Positions 1 to 13,731 of a stretch of DNA of 64,000 nt are shown piece after piece. The notes beneath the pieces are model-generated. The model did not search any database. It saw only the letters and a list, made by a program, of their open reading frames with translations, and was not told the DNA's origin. Positions within the stretch are counted from its first letter, which is position 1; every line of letters begins with the position of its first letter. The stretch comes from the human T2T-CHM13v2.0 reference genome, Homo sapiens: assembly GCF_009914755.1 (NCBI RefSeq), contig NC_060926.1. One strand, written 5' to 3'. Position numbers and translations under genes: made by a program.

Positions 1-1047
1 AAAATATCAATGACATTCTTCACAGGCATAGAAAAAGCAGTTTCAAAATTCATATGGGTGGGGAGCCAAGTGGCTCACACCTGTAATCCTAGCGTTTTTG
101 GAGGCCAAGGCAAGAGGATTGCTTGAGGCCAGGCATTTAATACCAGCCTACACAACATAGCAAGACCTCGTCTCTATAAAAAAATATTTTTAAAAATTAG
201 CTGGGCATAATGGCATGTATTTGTAGTCCTAGCTACTCCGGAAGCTGAGGTGGGAGGATCACTTGAGCCCAGCACTTTAAGGGTTACAGTGGGCTATGAT
301 CATACCACTGCACTTCAGCCTGGATGGCAGAGTGAGACCCTTTCTCTATTAAGAAAAAAAAAATATTGTATGGAACCCTAAAAGATCCTGAATAGCCAAA
401 ACAATACTGAGTCAAGAGGACAAAGATGGAAGACATCAAATTATCCTGTGAAGCTACAGTATTCACAACAGCATGGTACTGGTATTAAAATAGACACATA
501 GACCCAACAGAACAGAATAGAGAACATAGAAATAAATCCACGTATTTACAGCCAACTGAATTTTGACAAAGGCACCTAGAACATAGAGTAGGGAACAGAC
601 ACCCTTTTCCATAAATGGTACTGAGAAAACTGGGTATCTATTGCAGAAGAATGGAACCAGACCCTTATCTCAGTATATAAAAAATCAGCTCCAAATGGAT
701 TAGAGAGTTACACGTAAGACCTGAAACTATAAAACTGCTAAATGAACATAGAGGAAATGCTTCAGAATACTGATCTAGGCAAAGATTTTATGGGTAGGTC
801 TTTAAAAGTACAGGCAACAGAAAGAAAAATAGTCAAATGGGACTATCAAACTAAAACGCTTTTACATAGCAAAGGAAACAATCGACAGAGTATAGAGACA
901 ACCTATAGAACTGGAGAAAATATTTGCAAATTGTACATCCAACAAGGGCCTGGTATCCAGAATAACAAGGAACTGAACAGCAAAAGCCAGCCCAATAATT
1001 CATTTTTTAAAATTGACATTTCTCAGAAAAAAGACATGCAAATGGTC
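1..1047 (+). mobile_element. Old L1 ORF2 3' fragment, interrupted by an Alu at 57-363
   Basis: Typical L1 ORF2 sequence (acagcatggtactgg, aataaatcca, gtaagacctgaaactataaaa); the ORF at 742 begins as a decayed ORF2 piece. Confidence 0.85.
57..363 (+). mobile_element. Alu (AluJ-like)
   Basis: Two diverged Alu arms and an A-tail. Confidence 0.9.
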
Positions 1048-3161
1048 AAATTGAAGGTTTGTGGCAACCCTGCATCAAACAACTCTGTTGTTGCCATTTT
1101 TCTGCCAGCATGTGCTCACATTGTGTCTTTGTGTCATATTTTGGTAGTTCTCACAATAATTCAAAGTTTTTTATTGTGTATGTTATTGTATCAGTGATCT
1201 TTGCTCTTAGTATTATAATTGTTTTGGCATGCCACAAACCACACCCATATAAGACAGCTAACTTAAGTGATAGATATTGTATTGTTTGTTCTTTCTGCCC
1301 CACTGACTGGCCGTTTCTGTCTCTCTTCCTCTCCTTGGAACTCCCTGTTCACTGAGACACAACAATATAGAAATTAGACCAATTAATAACCCTTCAGTGG
1401 TCTATAAGTGATCAAGTGCAAGGAAGAGTTGCACTTCTGTCACTTTCGATCAAAAATTAGAAATGATTAAGTTCAGTGAGGAAGGCATGTCAAAGTCAAG
1501 ATAGACCAACAGCTAGGCCTCTTGCACCAATTAGCCAAATTGTGAATGCAAAGGATAAATTTTTGAAGGAATTGAAAGTACTACTCCATTGAACACCCAA
1601 ATGATACAAAAGTGAAACAGCCTTATTGTTGATATGGAGAGTATCTTAGTGGTGTGGATACATGAAACCAGCCACAGCATTCCCTTAAGCTTAATCCAGA
1701 ACAAGGCCCTAACTCTCTTTAATTATGTGAAGACTGAGAAGAGAGGTGAGAAAGCTGCAGAAGAAAAGTTTGAAGCTAGTGCAGGTTGGTTCATGAGGCT
1801 TAAGAAAAGAGGTCATCTCCATACATAAAAGTTCAAAGTGAAGCTGCAGGTTATACAGAATATCTAGCTGTCTGGCTAAGTGATGAATGGCTACACTAAA
1901 CAACAGGTTTTCAATGTAGATGAAACAGCCTTCTATTGGAAGAAGATGCCATCTAAGACTATCATAGATGAAGTTAATACCTGGCTTCAATGTTTCAAAG
2001 GACTGACTGACTCTCTTGTTGCGGAATAAAGTTGAAGCCAGTGCTCATTTACCATTCTGTAAATGCTAGGTCCTAAATCTACCTTACCTGTGTTCTAGAA
2101 ATGGAACGTCAAAGCCTGGATGACCACACATCTGTTTACAGCATAGCTTACTGAATATTTTAAGTCCATTGTTAAGTCCTACTGCTTAGAAAAAGATTCC
2201 TTTCTGAATATTACTGCCCATTGACAATGAATGCACCTTGCCACCCATGAGCTCTGTTAGAGATGGCAAGGAAGTTGATGCTTGCTGTCACAATATGAAT
2301 TCTGTAGCTGATAGATCAAGGAGTAATTTTGACTTTCAAATCTTTTTTAAGAAACATATTTTGTAAGGCTGTAGTGGCCATTGAGGATGATTTCTCTGAT
2401 GGATCTGGGAAAAGTAAGTTGAAAACCTTTTGGAAAGGATTTACCATTCTAGATGCCATTGAGAACATTCATGATTCATGGTAGAAGGTCAAAGTAGCAA
2501 CGTTAACCGGAATTTTGAAGAAATTGATTCCAACCCTCATAGATGACTTTGAGGGGGTTAAGACTTCAGGGGAGGAAGTAACTACAGGTGGGGTGGAAAT
2601 AACAAGAGAACTATTATTAAAAGTGGAGTCTGAAGATGGGGTAGGGGATGAATTGCTGCAATCTCATGATAAAACTTGAATAGATGAGGATTTGCTTCTT
2701 ATGGATGAGCAAAGAAAGTGATTTTTTGAGATGGAATCTACTATTGGTGAAGATGCTGTGAGCATTGTTTAAATGACAACAAAGAATATAGACTATTTCA
2801 TGATAAAGCAGCAGCTGGGTGAAGAGGATTGACTGTTTTGAAAGAAGTTCTAGTGTAGGTAAGTGCTATCAAATAGCATTTGGCAATGTGGTCTTGCCAC
2901 ATTGTGGCAAGACCCTCCACCAACAAAAGATTACAACTCCTGAGGGCTCAGATGATCATTAGAATTTTTTATAAATTACTCTGATTTTTTATTATACAAC
3001 TTGTTTTCATTATAGTATATCGAACTCTTAATAGACTACAGTATAGTGTAACCATAACTTTTATATCCACTGAGAAACCAAAAAATAGTGTGACTCACTT
3101 TATCACAGTATTCGCTTTAGTAGTCTGGAACTAAGCCCTCAGTATCTCTAAAGTTTGGCTG
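1048..3161 (+). mobile_element. Tigger1 DNA transposon (TcMar-Tigger), near full length, decayed transposase
   Basis: aaattgaaggtttgtggcaaccctgc start; transposase remnant ...[19 protein letters not shown]; 3' end ...gtctggaac...atctctaaagtttggctg|ta. Confidence 0.9.
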
Positions 3162-3259
3162 TACCAATATCCAGAATGAAAGGGGATAGCATTACAGACC
3201 CTACATACATTAAAAGCATAATAAAATCATATTGTGAGCAGATTTGAATGTTTGAATAT

Positions 3260-3647
3260 TGATATGGTTTGGCTCTGTGTCCTGCCCCCTCCTCCACTAA
3301 TCTCACCTTGACTTGTAGTCTCCATAATCCCCATGTGTCAAGGGTGGGACCAGGTGGAGGTAGTTGAATGATAGGGACAGTTTCCCCCATTGTGTTCTCA
3401 TGATAATGAGTGAGTCTCATGATATCTGTTGGTTTTATAATCATCTGGCATTTCCCCTGCTTGCACTTCTCCTTCCTGCTGCCTTGTGAATAAAGTACCT
3501 TGCTTGCCCTTTGCCTTCTGCTGTGACTGTAAATTTCCTGAGGTCTCCCCAGCCAGGCTGAACTGTGAGTCAATTAAACCTCTTTCCCCAATAAATTACC
3601 CAGTCTCGGGCATGTCTTTATTAGCAGTGTGAGAATGGACTAATACA
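3260..3647 (+). mobile_element. THE1-type MaLR solo LTR (THE1D-like)
   Basis: tgatatggtttggctctgtgtcc ... ggactaataca termini. Confidence 0.88.
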
Positions 3648-3649
3648 AG

Positions 3650-5200
3650 TACCATTAATAAATTTCACAACGTAGATTAAATGTGCAAATTCCTTGAAAG
3701 ACACAAATTAAAAAATGACCTGAGAAGAAAAGAAACTTGAATAGATCTGTATCTATTAAAGAAGTTGAAATTATAATTAGAAACCTTTTGAACATTAGAA
3801 CTCCAGGCCCCTTGTTGTGAATTCTATCGAACATTTAAAGTAGAAGTGAGGCCAATTTTACATAAGCTCTTTTAGACAATAAAGAAGGAACATGGTTTAT
3901 GTGATTATTACCTTGATGTTAAAACCAGACTTAAGACCTTACAAGGAAAGAAAACTGCAGTTACTCATGAACATAGATGCAAAAATACCTAATAAAAGTT
4001 TAGCAAATTCTATCCAGTAATATATAAAAATGACAATTCATCATGTTCAAATGGGGGTTATTTTAAGAATATAAGGTTGCTTTAACATCTGAAAGTCAGT
4101 CAGTATAATTAACCATACTGTTATAATAACATAGAAAAACCATTTGAGCATTTCAATAGATGCAGAAAAAGAATTTGACAAAATTGACCATTCATGATTT
4201 AAAAAAATAAAGACATAGCTAACTATAAATACAAGGCACTTTCTATTTTGATTAAGGGCATCTACAAAAAATCTGCTAATATTATACAAAATGGTGAAAG
4301 TCTCAATGCTTTTTATATAAGATGAGGAAAATATATGCTTCATCTCACTACTTCTCTTCAGCTTTGTACACCAGGTCCTTACTAGTGTTTTAAAAAAAGA
4401 AAAAGGAAAAAGGAATAAAAGGCAAACAAATGGGGAAGAAAAAAGTATAATGGCTTTCCTTGTAGATAAGAATATATATATAGATTGGCTGAAAATAAAG
4501 AGATAAAAAAGGTATACCATGCAAGTAGTAAGCATTAAGGAGACTAGAATGACTGTATTATTATAATATATACAATGGTCCAACCAGTCTAGAAAACTGT
4601 TCTGTAGTTTCTTAAAAAGTTAGAAATATGTCTACCATATGACCTAGCTGTTTCACTCCTACCTGGTATTTGACCACCAGAAATTAAAGCAAATGTTTGT
4701 ACAAAGACTTGCACACATGTGTTCAAAGTGACTTTATTTGTAATAGCCGAAAACTAGAAACAACTTAAATATTCATCATGAAGTGATGGCTATTTCCATC
4801 CATGTTGTGGTATATCCATAGAATGGAATGCTCCTCAGCAAAGTGGAGAAAAGATTTAGTGAAAAACACAATGCAGATGAATCTCTAAATAATTAAGCGG
4901 AGTGACAAGACAGATGAAGAAAAATACATACTGTATGCTTCCATTTATATAAATTCTAGAAAATTCTATCTGTAGGGACAAAAAGTTGGTCAGTGGTTAC
5001 GTAGGCGGGATGGGTTGCTGTGTTGGAGTTCTAGAGGAGGATCACTGTGTGGCGGAAGGAATCTTTTGGAAGTGATAGATATGTTCACTATCTTGACTGT
5101 GATGATGGTTTGATAAGTACACATGTATGTCACACTTACCAAAGTATATACTTTAAATATGTGCATTTTGCATGTCAGTTATACATAATAAAATGCTTAA
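3650..5200 (+). mobile_element. Old L1M fragments (ORF2 and 3' UTR)
   Basis: atagatgcagaaaaagaatttgacaaaatt and 3' UTR-like tail; boundaries approximate. Confidence 0.7.
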
Positions 5201-5449
5201 AAGGGAAAATGAAAAGATGCATTGGTGGTATAATGATGAGCCTAGCTGCTTTCCAAAACCATGTGAAAGTTAATCAGTAAAACAGTATAAAATAGTTATA
5301 TGATTACATAATTGGCATTCCAGTAGAAACAGAAAACTTTGGACAAGTAGCAAAAAAAATTATGGTAGAGATAAATCCAAGTATGTTAATTATTATCGAA
5401 ACTGTAAATATGTTGGATATTCATATTGAAAACATCAAACTGAATTTTT

Positions 5450-6200
5450 AAATCACTATTGATATAATCTATGTACCATAAATTTGCCTATTAAAGTATA
5501 CAGTTTAGTGGTTTGTGGTATAGTTTCAGGGGCAGCATCACCATAATCTAATTTTGAATCATTTATATTACCCCTAAAAGATAACCTTGTAATTATTAGG
5601 AGCCATTTCCTGTTCTTTTCTATGCTTTTTATTTGCCAGAAGTCTTAGGCAATCACTAATCACTATCATATATCTCTATAGATATGCCTATTCTATATAT
5701 TCTATTAATATTGAATGAGATCATGTACTGTGTGGTCTTTTGTGATTGATTTTTTTCATTCATTTTTGAGGTTCATCCGCATTGTAGTATGTATCAGTTT
5801 TGCTTTCCCCTTTATTGCTGAATAATTTTCCATTTTATGGTTATACCACATTTTGATAACCAGTTCACCAGTTTTTTCCCCTTTTTGGCTGGTGAGAATT
5901 ATGTTGCTCTGAACATTTGTACAAGTTTTTGTGTGGACATGTTTTCATTTTTCATGAGTGTATATATCTAGGAGTGGAATACCTGGGTTTGCTAAACTGT
6001 TTTCAAACGTGGCTGCATCATTTTACGTTCCCACCAGCATTGCATGTGGGTTTAATTTCTCCAGATTCTCACCAGCACTTGTTATCTGCATTTTTATTAT
6101 AACCATTCTAGTGAGTATAAAGTAGTATCTCATTGTAGTTTTTATTTGCATTCCCCTGCTGGCTAATGATAATGAGTGTCTTTTCAAGTACTTATTATTG
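5450..6200 (-). mobile_element. Old L1M 3' end, antisense
   Basis: aagtatacagtttagtgg ... gtagtatctcattgtagtttttatttgcatt pattern. Confidence 0.7.
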
Positions 6201-6248
6201 TTTCATATATTTTGGATTATTCAAACTGGATTTTTAAAAATCAATCTG

Positions 6249-6365
6249 AGCCAGATGCAGTGGCACACACCTATAGTCCCAGCTACTCAGGAGGCTGAGG
6301 CAGGAGGATCACTTGAGCCTAGGAGTTTGAGGCCAGGCTGGGCAACATAGCGAAACCATGTCTGT
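6249..6365 (+). mobile_element. Alu monomer (FLAM-like)
   Basis: Single Alu arm. Confidence 0.8.
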
Positions 6366-7911
6366 AATAGGATACATTTTAAGATGGCAAAGGCAAACCT
6401 TAAACTGAAATGTAAAGTCATTGTAAAACCTCTGATGTCAAGTGAAAAATGCGTAGTATGTCTAATGATTTATTAACTACAGAAAGGAATTGTTCCAGTT
6501 AAAAAAAAATCAATCTTTATACTGTTTACAAGAGACATACCTAAAATGTTATACAAAATGACAGAAACATTGAAAAAGATAAACCAGGCATATAGAAGCC
6601 AAAAAAACGGTTATGGCTATATTACTGCTATATAAAATAGATACTGTTTGAAAGATTTTTAATTTATACATTGGTATTTTTCTGAAAAAACTTTGTAGCA
6701 AATACAAGTCACACACAATACATTTATAAGAAAATAAAAGTTATACAAAATATATATTATGCCACAGAGAGCATTCAGTGAAAAGATTTTTATTCATTGA
6801 TTGATACCTTCCTGGGAATTTTTGAAATTAAAGTGATTTGAAACTGGCCTAGATTTCCTTTCTCTTGATCATTTAGAAATGAACAGTGTTTTTTGTTGTT
6901 TAACTTCTGAAATATCAGTGTGTCTTCATAAGATTTTTTGAATTGAGGCACCTGGCTTTTTTCCATAAATACAGTCAATAGTTACTCAATTTTTTTTTTT
7001 TTTTTTTTTGCTTCTGGAAATAATGCCCTCTCTCTATGACAGAATATTTTTCCCATGTCGAGTGAAAGCTCAGTATCCAAAAGTAAAATACAAAGTTTTC
7101 AAATCAGAAACCTAAACATGTCTCTTCTTCCCTATTCCAAACATGCATGCTTGAAAAGTTGACTCATGCATTTGCCTCTTCAAGTGATTAAAGTGTGAGA
7201 AGTTTATTCTTTGAGAATGCTGAGAGCTTCTTGGATAGATAGGGCCATAAGCCATAAAGATTAAGACTTAGAATTATCATGAAAATATTTACTTAGAAGA
7301 CTGAGACAGGATCCTGAAGGACATTTTTCTCAGTAAGAAAGATCAAATCTCTTTAGCCTTATTACCCTTATGTCTTAAAGTTTACAAAGACTGTGTTTAC
7401 TGTGTTACTTATTTTATGGTTTCAATGAGACAAAATGACTTGGCTCATATTGATTGTACTAATAAGGCTTTGAGAACGCTTATGGCATTATGTGGGTTGC
7501 GTTTAAGAAGAAGGGTGGTGTACAAAGGTAAATTTTTAAAATTTAATGCTTTTTAAAATTAAAAGTGTTTTTAGGGTTGTTGCATAAAGTAATGAAATCT
7601 TACATTTTTCCAAGGCTTGCTTATAGTTTTAGAGAGTAAACAACTAAGTTAGTGATAGTTTTTGAAATTTTAATTTGTGACATCTGTTTTTAAGTATTTC
7701 TGTAGATACAAAATTTTCCTCAGTTGAACACAAATACTAATTATTTTTTCCATGAAGCAAGAAAAACTTTCAATTCTTTATGTACTATGTGTATGTATAT
7801 ATGATAAAATGTTTAGATATTACTAAATATACACTTAAAACATTTTTTCATAATTTGTTAATATTTTTATCATTATTCAATACTTTGAATAATTTATTGT
7901 CTTTTGTCCAG

Positions 7912-7975
7912 GTTGAAGATTGTAAAAATTTCTTTTAAGTGCAAACAGTTTTTTATTCAACTTAGAAAAGAATTG
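7912..7975 (+). CDS. PTPN4: PTPN4 coding exon (~exon 11), FERM C-lobe: (W)LKIVKISFKCKQFFIQLRKEL
   Basis: ttttgtccAG acceptor, GTgagt donor, 64 nt; peptide matches the PTPN4 FERM domain and is in frame with the next exon. Confidence 0.96.
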
Positions 7976-8641
7976 GTGAGTACGGATTTAATAATTATTG
8001 ACATAAATGAAGCCTTTTAAGAAATACCCATTCATGACAGAACTTTTCTATTATTAGTACAAGTGAAAGTGCAATTAATACTGTGGATAACTGCCCGCTG
8101 AGGTAATGAATTCACTTGTTATAACAAAATGTACTTGTTTTTCCAGTGTGTATGTGGTTCTAATTTAAAGTTCTTCTAGATATTCCTCTTGCTGTTTCTC
8201 GAGCTTAGAAACTGATTTCTCACACATGATGTTCATTGAAAACCTCAGGGTCCATTTTTGAAGGGCAGCAAATGAGCATTTCATATATCCCTTTTTCCCT
8301 ACTAAATCTATAGTACTTACTTTCGTATATAAGTTCATTTTATTTTAGGGGAGCTGAGTGTTACAAGTTCATGAACTTATAACACATTGCCTCCCTTTGT
8401 TGGAGTGGTAATGGCTTTATATATTATAAATAACAAATTGAGTTGTCATGGAAAGTACAGTGTTGGAAATAATTTCATCTTGTTAATGATTTTGTCTGTT
8501 TCATTAAATCAAACTAACCTTATCCTTTGATGTACATTATTTCTTAGAAATCTGAGAAGTCTTGGCAAATTCATGCAGATTTCAAGATGGTTGTGTGTGT
8601 ATGTGTGTAAAATGTATTTGAAACCATAAAAATGTCTTTGG

Positions 8642-9120
<479 letters not shown>

Positions 9121-9199
9121 GTCTTTGAATCAGCTCTGTTGTATTGGTCTACTACGTGATTATAAACTATGGTTTATCGTTTATGTTCATAAAATACAG

Positions 9200-9715
9200 A
9201 GGGATTTTTTTCAAGAGAATTTTTATTGAAATAAAACATAATACCAAAAATGTGCATATTTTAAGTACACAACTTGATGAAGTGAACATATCCATATCAG
9301 CACCTCCAAGATATGTAGTATATGTACCGCCTTCTAATATGTAGAACTTTACCAGCACCCCAGATGCTTGAAATGTTGCTGCTGGAGCTGATGCCCACTT
9401 CCAGTCATTAAGCCTCCTGGAAGGTAAACATTACTCTCATTTGTATGACCATGGATTAGTTTGCTTATATTTGAACTTTAAAAATTGAAATTATACAGTT
9501 GTTGTCTTTACTGTCTGCCTTCTTTCCCTTAATATTTTTTGTGAGATTCATCCATGTTGTTGCATATAACATTAGTTCGTTCCATTTATGTATGGTATTC
9601 CTCTGAATGACTATGCCATAAATTATTAATTCATTCTGCTGCTAGTGGACAGCTTTGCCATTTCCAGGTTGGGGATATTATGACTAATGCTGCTAATGGA
9701 AATTATTTTACATGT
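9200..9715 (-). mobile_element. Old L1ME-like 3' end, antisense
   Basis: gtgagattcatccatgttgttgc motif and related L1 3' sequence. Confidence 0.6.
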
Positions 9716-10050
9716 TTTAAAATTTAGGTGATTAAAATATAATATTGTTATCTGGAAACTAGAGGACAAATATTTTACTTTAAGTAATCATAGATGGCAC
9801 TGTAGAAGTCAACTTTTCTAATTAGACTTATAATAATATCCCATCATAATACTAGTGTTATTAATAATAGTTATAATATCCAGCCTTTATTGAGAACTTA
9901 CTATGTGCCTGGTAAAAGACCAGTCATTTTCATATCACTGAATCCTCACTCTCATTTTCTGAAGTAGTGTACCAGTTAAAAATGTATTTACCAATAAGTG
10001 ATAACAGCAACAATAGCTAACTGACAATTGATTAAAGACAGTATACAGGG

Positions 10051-10156
10051 ATCCTTTTGTGGTTCATAAGCATGATGATTAGATTTTCATGCTATTGGGT
10101 GAGATATGCCTTCCTCAGACTTTGTTACAGCATAGGCACATTACAACCTGTCTGAT
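10051..10156 (+). pseudogene. U13 (SNORD13) C/D-box snoRNA retrocopy
   Basis: ATCCTTTTGTGGTTCATAAGCATGATGATT...GTGAGATATGCC...TTGTTAC...GGCACATTAC...GTCTGA follows the U13 sequence; box C ATGATGA at 10072-10078, box D CTGA at 10152-10155; decayed A-tail and 16-bp TSD. Confidence 0.88.
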
Positions 10157-10184
10157 AGGAGAAAGAAAGTAAAGATGGTATACA

Positions 10185-10490
10185 GGCCAGGTGCGGTGGC
10201 TCACGCCTGTAATCCCAGCACTGTGGGAGGCTGAGGTGGGTGGATTGCTTTAGGCCTGGAGTTCAAGACCAGCCTGGCCCACATGGCAAAACCCCATCTC
10301 TACTAAAATACAAAAAAATGGTTGTGGTGGCACACACCTGTATTTCCCGTTGCTTGGGAGGCTAAGGCACAAGAATCTCTTGAACCAGGAGGTGGAGGTT
10401 GCAGTGAGCCAATATCGCACCACTGTACTCCAGCCCGGACAACAGAGCTGGACTCTGTCTCAAAAAAAACAAAAGAAAAAAGGAAAAAAA
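10185..10490 (+). mobile_element. Alu (AluS-like) inserted in the right-hand TSD of the U13 retrocopy
   Basis: Full dimer, A-tail, TSD AAAGA(TG/CA)GTATACAGG. Confidence 0.92.
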
Positions 10491-10989
10491 AGACAGTATA
10501 CAGGCATACTCTGCAAAAGGTGGCCTTGTTAATGTTTTCTCTCTAAAACATCTTTGTTTTTAAATACCCAAACTTCATACGATATACTTATCTCTCAGTA
10601 CAAATTTTTTTGTGTGTTGTTTAGAAATTGGGCAAGAAAAATTTTTGTTACATTTCAAATATAATTGATAGAATATGGAAATTACTTATAGACTTTTTGA
10701 AAAGTATACCAAGTGTCAAAATGGGTGAATATGTATGCATCTTAGATGCTGACAGTGAGAAGCTTCAGTGCATCATAGTAGCTGAGACATTTTCTGTTAT
10801 TTTGTGTAATGTTTGTGGCATATGGTAAAACATATGAACTATATATGTTAGTGCAAACAAAACAACTATTAACCATAATTAAGACAATTTTCTGGCAATC
10901 AAGAAGTGATGTTTTAAGCATATTCCCTTCTAATATGATAGTTTAATACTTTATACATGGGCATTTATTTGTGTATTAGTCACAGGAAA

Positions 10990-11960
10990 TATCTTAATGA
11001 CCTTTTGATGGGCAAGAATTTCTTTAACCGGACATAGAAGGAAACCTTCATACCCTTAAAAGATTGATGATTTGGACTATGTTAAAATTAATAACTCTGT
11101 TCATCAAAAGATATCACTAAGAGAGTGAAATAGTATAGACCATTATATAATACACACAGAATCCTTGGTTGTATATGCATCCTGATAGAAATATATGCCA
11201 GTGAATTGAACAGACACTTCACAAATGAGGATATCCACGTGGCCATTAACATTGAACCTCAATAATTATAAAGGAGGTTCAGATTATAACCAAAATGTGC
11301 TACCTCTACATACACAACAGAATAGTAAGGGGAAAGAGATTGATAAACCAGTGGTTGGTGAATATATGGCACATATGCTACTGGTGGGAGGGATTGTATA
11401 TTGATCTACCCATTTTGGAAAACTGTTGGGCATTATCTACCAAAGCTGAGCATATGTGTACAACATATGACCCAACAACAAAAATGTGCATATGTGTACA
11501 CCAGAGAACATACAGGAATATGCATGGCTGCATTCTTCTTATATCCCCAAACTAGAAATATAAAATGTCTGTGAACAGTAAAGTGGATAAGTTAACTGTT
11601 AAATTCATTATAATAGAGTACTATGGAAATTAGTGAATTACTGCTTCATAAACGTTGAATTTATATCAGAAACATAATGCTGAACAAAAGCCAGACCTAA
11701 AGACACATATGTTTGATTCCATGTATGTACAATAAAGTTCAAAAACAAGCATGACTATTCTATGGTGATAAAGGCAGAAGAGTGATTAACTTTGGGAAGG
11801 TAATCTGGTAGAAAGGGGAGACAAAGGATACTTCTGTGGTGGTAGTAATGATCCATTTCTGGAACTGGGTAAAGGTTACATGGTTGTATTTATTGTGTGA
11901 AAATCAGAGCTGTGCAATTATGGGATGTGAATGTTGCTATATGTGGTTTACTTTAAGGAA
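10990..11960 (+). mobile_element. Old L1ME-like 3' region
   Basis: cattttggaaaactgttgggcatt and other L1 3' motifs; boundaries approximate. Confidence 0.6.
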
Positions 11961-12275
11961 ATTATTTATTTAGAAATTTGTACCAGTTTTCAAGAAAATG
12001 GAAAATTATTTTAGTGCTAATTTTAAATTTTGAATTATGTAATAGTGTTCAGAGCTGCTGAATGTTCTTTATTTACAATCTAGACAGATATTTTAAATTA
12101 GGAATATTGTTAAAAGTTGTGATGATATATTTTAACATTTAATTTATGGCCTAGAATTATATTTTGAAACAGAGTCATAGCTAATGTTGAAAACAGATAC
12201 ATATTAAAAGTTTGAACTCATTTCTAACTATGATCTAAGGTTAAAGTTCCTAAGAGTTATAATATGAATGAACAA

Positions 12276-12577
12276 GGCCAGCACGGGGGCTCATGATATA
12301 ATCCCAGCACTTTGTGAGGCCAAGGCAGGTAGATCACTTGAGGTCAGGAGTTCAAGACCAGCCTGGCCACCATGGTGAAACCCCGTCTCTACTAAACATA
12401 GAAAAAGTTAGCTGGGTGTGGTGGTGCATGCCTTTAATTCCTGCTGCTCGGGAGGCTGAGGCACAAGAATCACTTGAACCCATGAGGTGGAGGTTGCAGT
12501 GAGCCAAGATCGTGCCACTGCACTCCAGCATGGATGACAGAGTGAGACTGTGTCTCAAAAAAAAAAAAAAAAAAAAA
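12276..12577 (+). mobile_element. Alu (AluS)
   Basis: Full dimer and poly-A. Confidence 0.92.
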
Positions 12578-12801
12578 GACTGAGTTAGGTCCAGATTTTT
12601 CAGGCTTTTGCATATACTTCATTGCCTTTTTATTGGATAAGCAAAAAAGATCCTAGATAAAAGATCCCATAGGTTCTATCTATATCATTAACAAGTTCAT
12701 GTTTACAAGGCTAGAATAATTTATCTGTCAAAAGTAAATTAAATGGAGCATTAGATCCTGACATTTTCCTGGTATTCTCTGCATTTTGTCATTTATTACA
12801 G

Positions 12802-12974
12802 CATGAATCTAGAGAAACATTATTGGGATTTAATATGGTGAATTACAGAGCATGTAAAAATTTGTGGAAAGCATGTGTAGAACATCACACATTCTTCCGT
12901 TTGGACAGACCACTTCCACCTCAAAAGAATTTTTTTGCACATTATTTTACATTAGGTTCAAAATTCCGGTACTG
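12802..12974 (+). CDS. PTPN4: PTPN4 coding exon (~12), FERM C-lobe/FA: [57 protein letters not shown](C)
   Basis: ttattacAG / GTaagt, 173 nt; typical FERM motif LWKxCVEHHxFFRL and FA motif GSKFRY. Confidence 0.97.
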
Positions 12975-13731
12975 GTAAGTATTGCTTCTGTGTTAAGGCT
13001 TTATTGTTGGATTTTGTTTCCTTTCTTTAAAATAAAGATGTAGTTTATGGAACCATACAACCTTTGTTACACAAACTTAACTGAGTCAAAAATCCCTATG
13101 GATTGCAGCCTCTATATCAGTATCATTAAAAAGTTCTATAGGTTCTTGTGATATGCTACAGGCTTGAGAAACCAGTTCTGTGTTCTGTATTTGCTGTCAT
13201 TATTTTCTGGAGTAAATTAACTACATTTACTTATTTACAATAAAGACAGATGACATAATTTCTATTGTGTCTTTATTAGATATTTGCTTGAAAACTTTTC
13301 TTTGTTCTAAGACACCCAAGGTATCTTATGCCTAAAACTATATAATTATTGTTTTTTAATTTAGAATTTAGCATATTTTTGGGTTGTCAAACCCTTTATT
13401 GTAAAGTGTTTAAAACAGTCACGAGGCAAAATCAGATTTAGTCATTGAACAGTAACCCCAGGTTCCATTTCCTAAAATTGTTTTATTCTTGATAGCTTTT
13501 ATTTTTTCCTGACGGCAACAAATCTTTGGGGAATAACTAAATCTGAAGAAGCTCTGATTAGTTTTACCTTTGGAATTCTTAAAAGACCCATGCAAGCTAG
13601 TTTTTAAGTGGAACCTGGTAAGAATCATGTAGAAAGTTATTCATTATCTTTTAGTAAAACAAATGTTATTCATTCTTGTTTGTTTATGCTTCACATAATA
13701 AGATTTTTCATCTTTGATAAATAAAACCCTT

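Noticed and set aside
742-4583. Longest ORFs in the track (151, 141 and 178 aa)
   Set aside because: They lie within L1, Tigger1 and THE1 remnants (some antisense); decayed repeat sequence, not genes.
7430-7533. Possible cryptic exon ending AAG|GTAAAT at 7528
   Set aside because: No convincing polypyrimidine acceptor upstream and no similarity to PTPN4 coding sequence.
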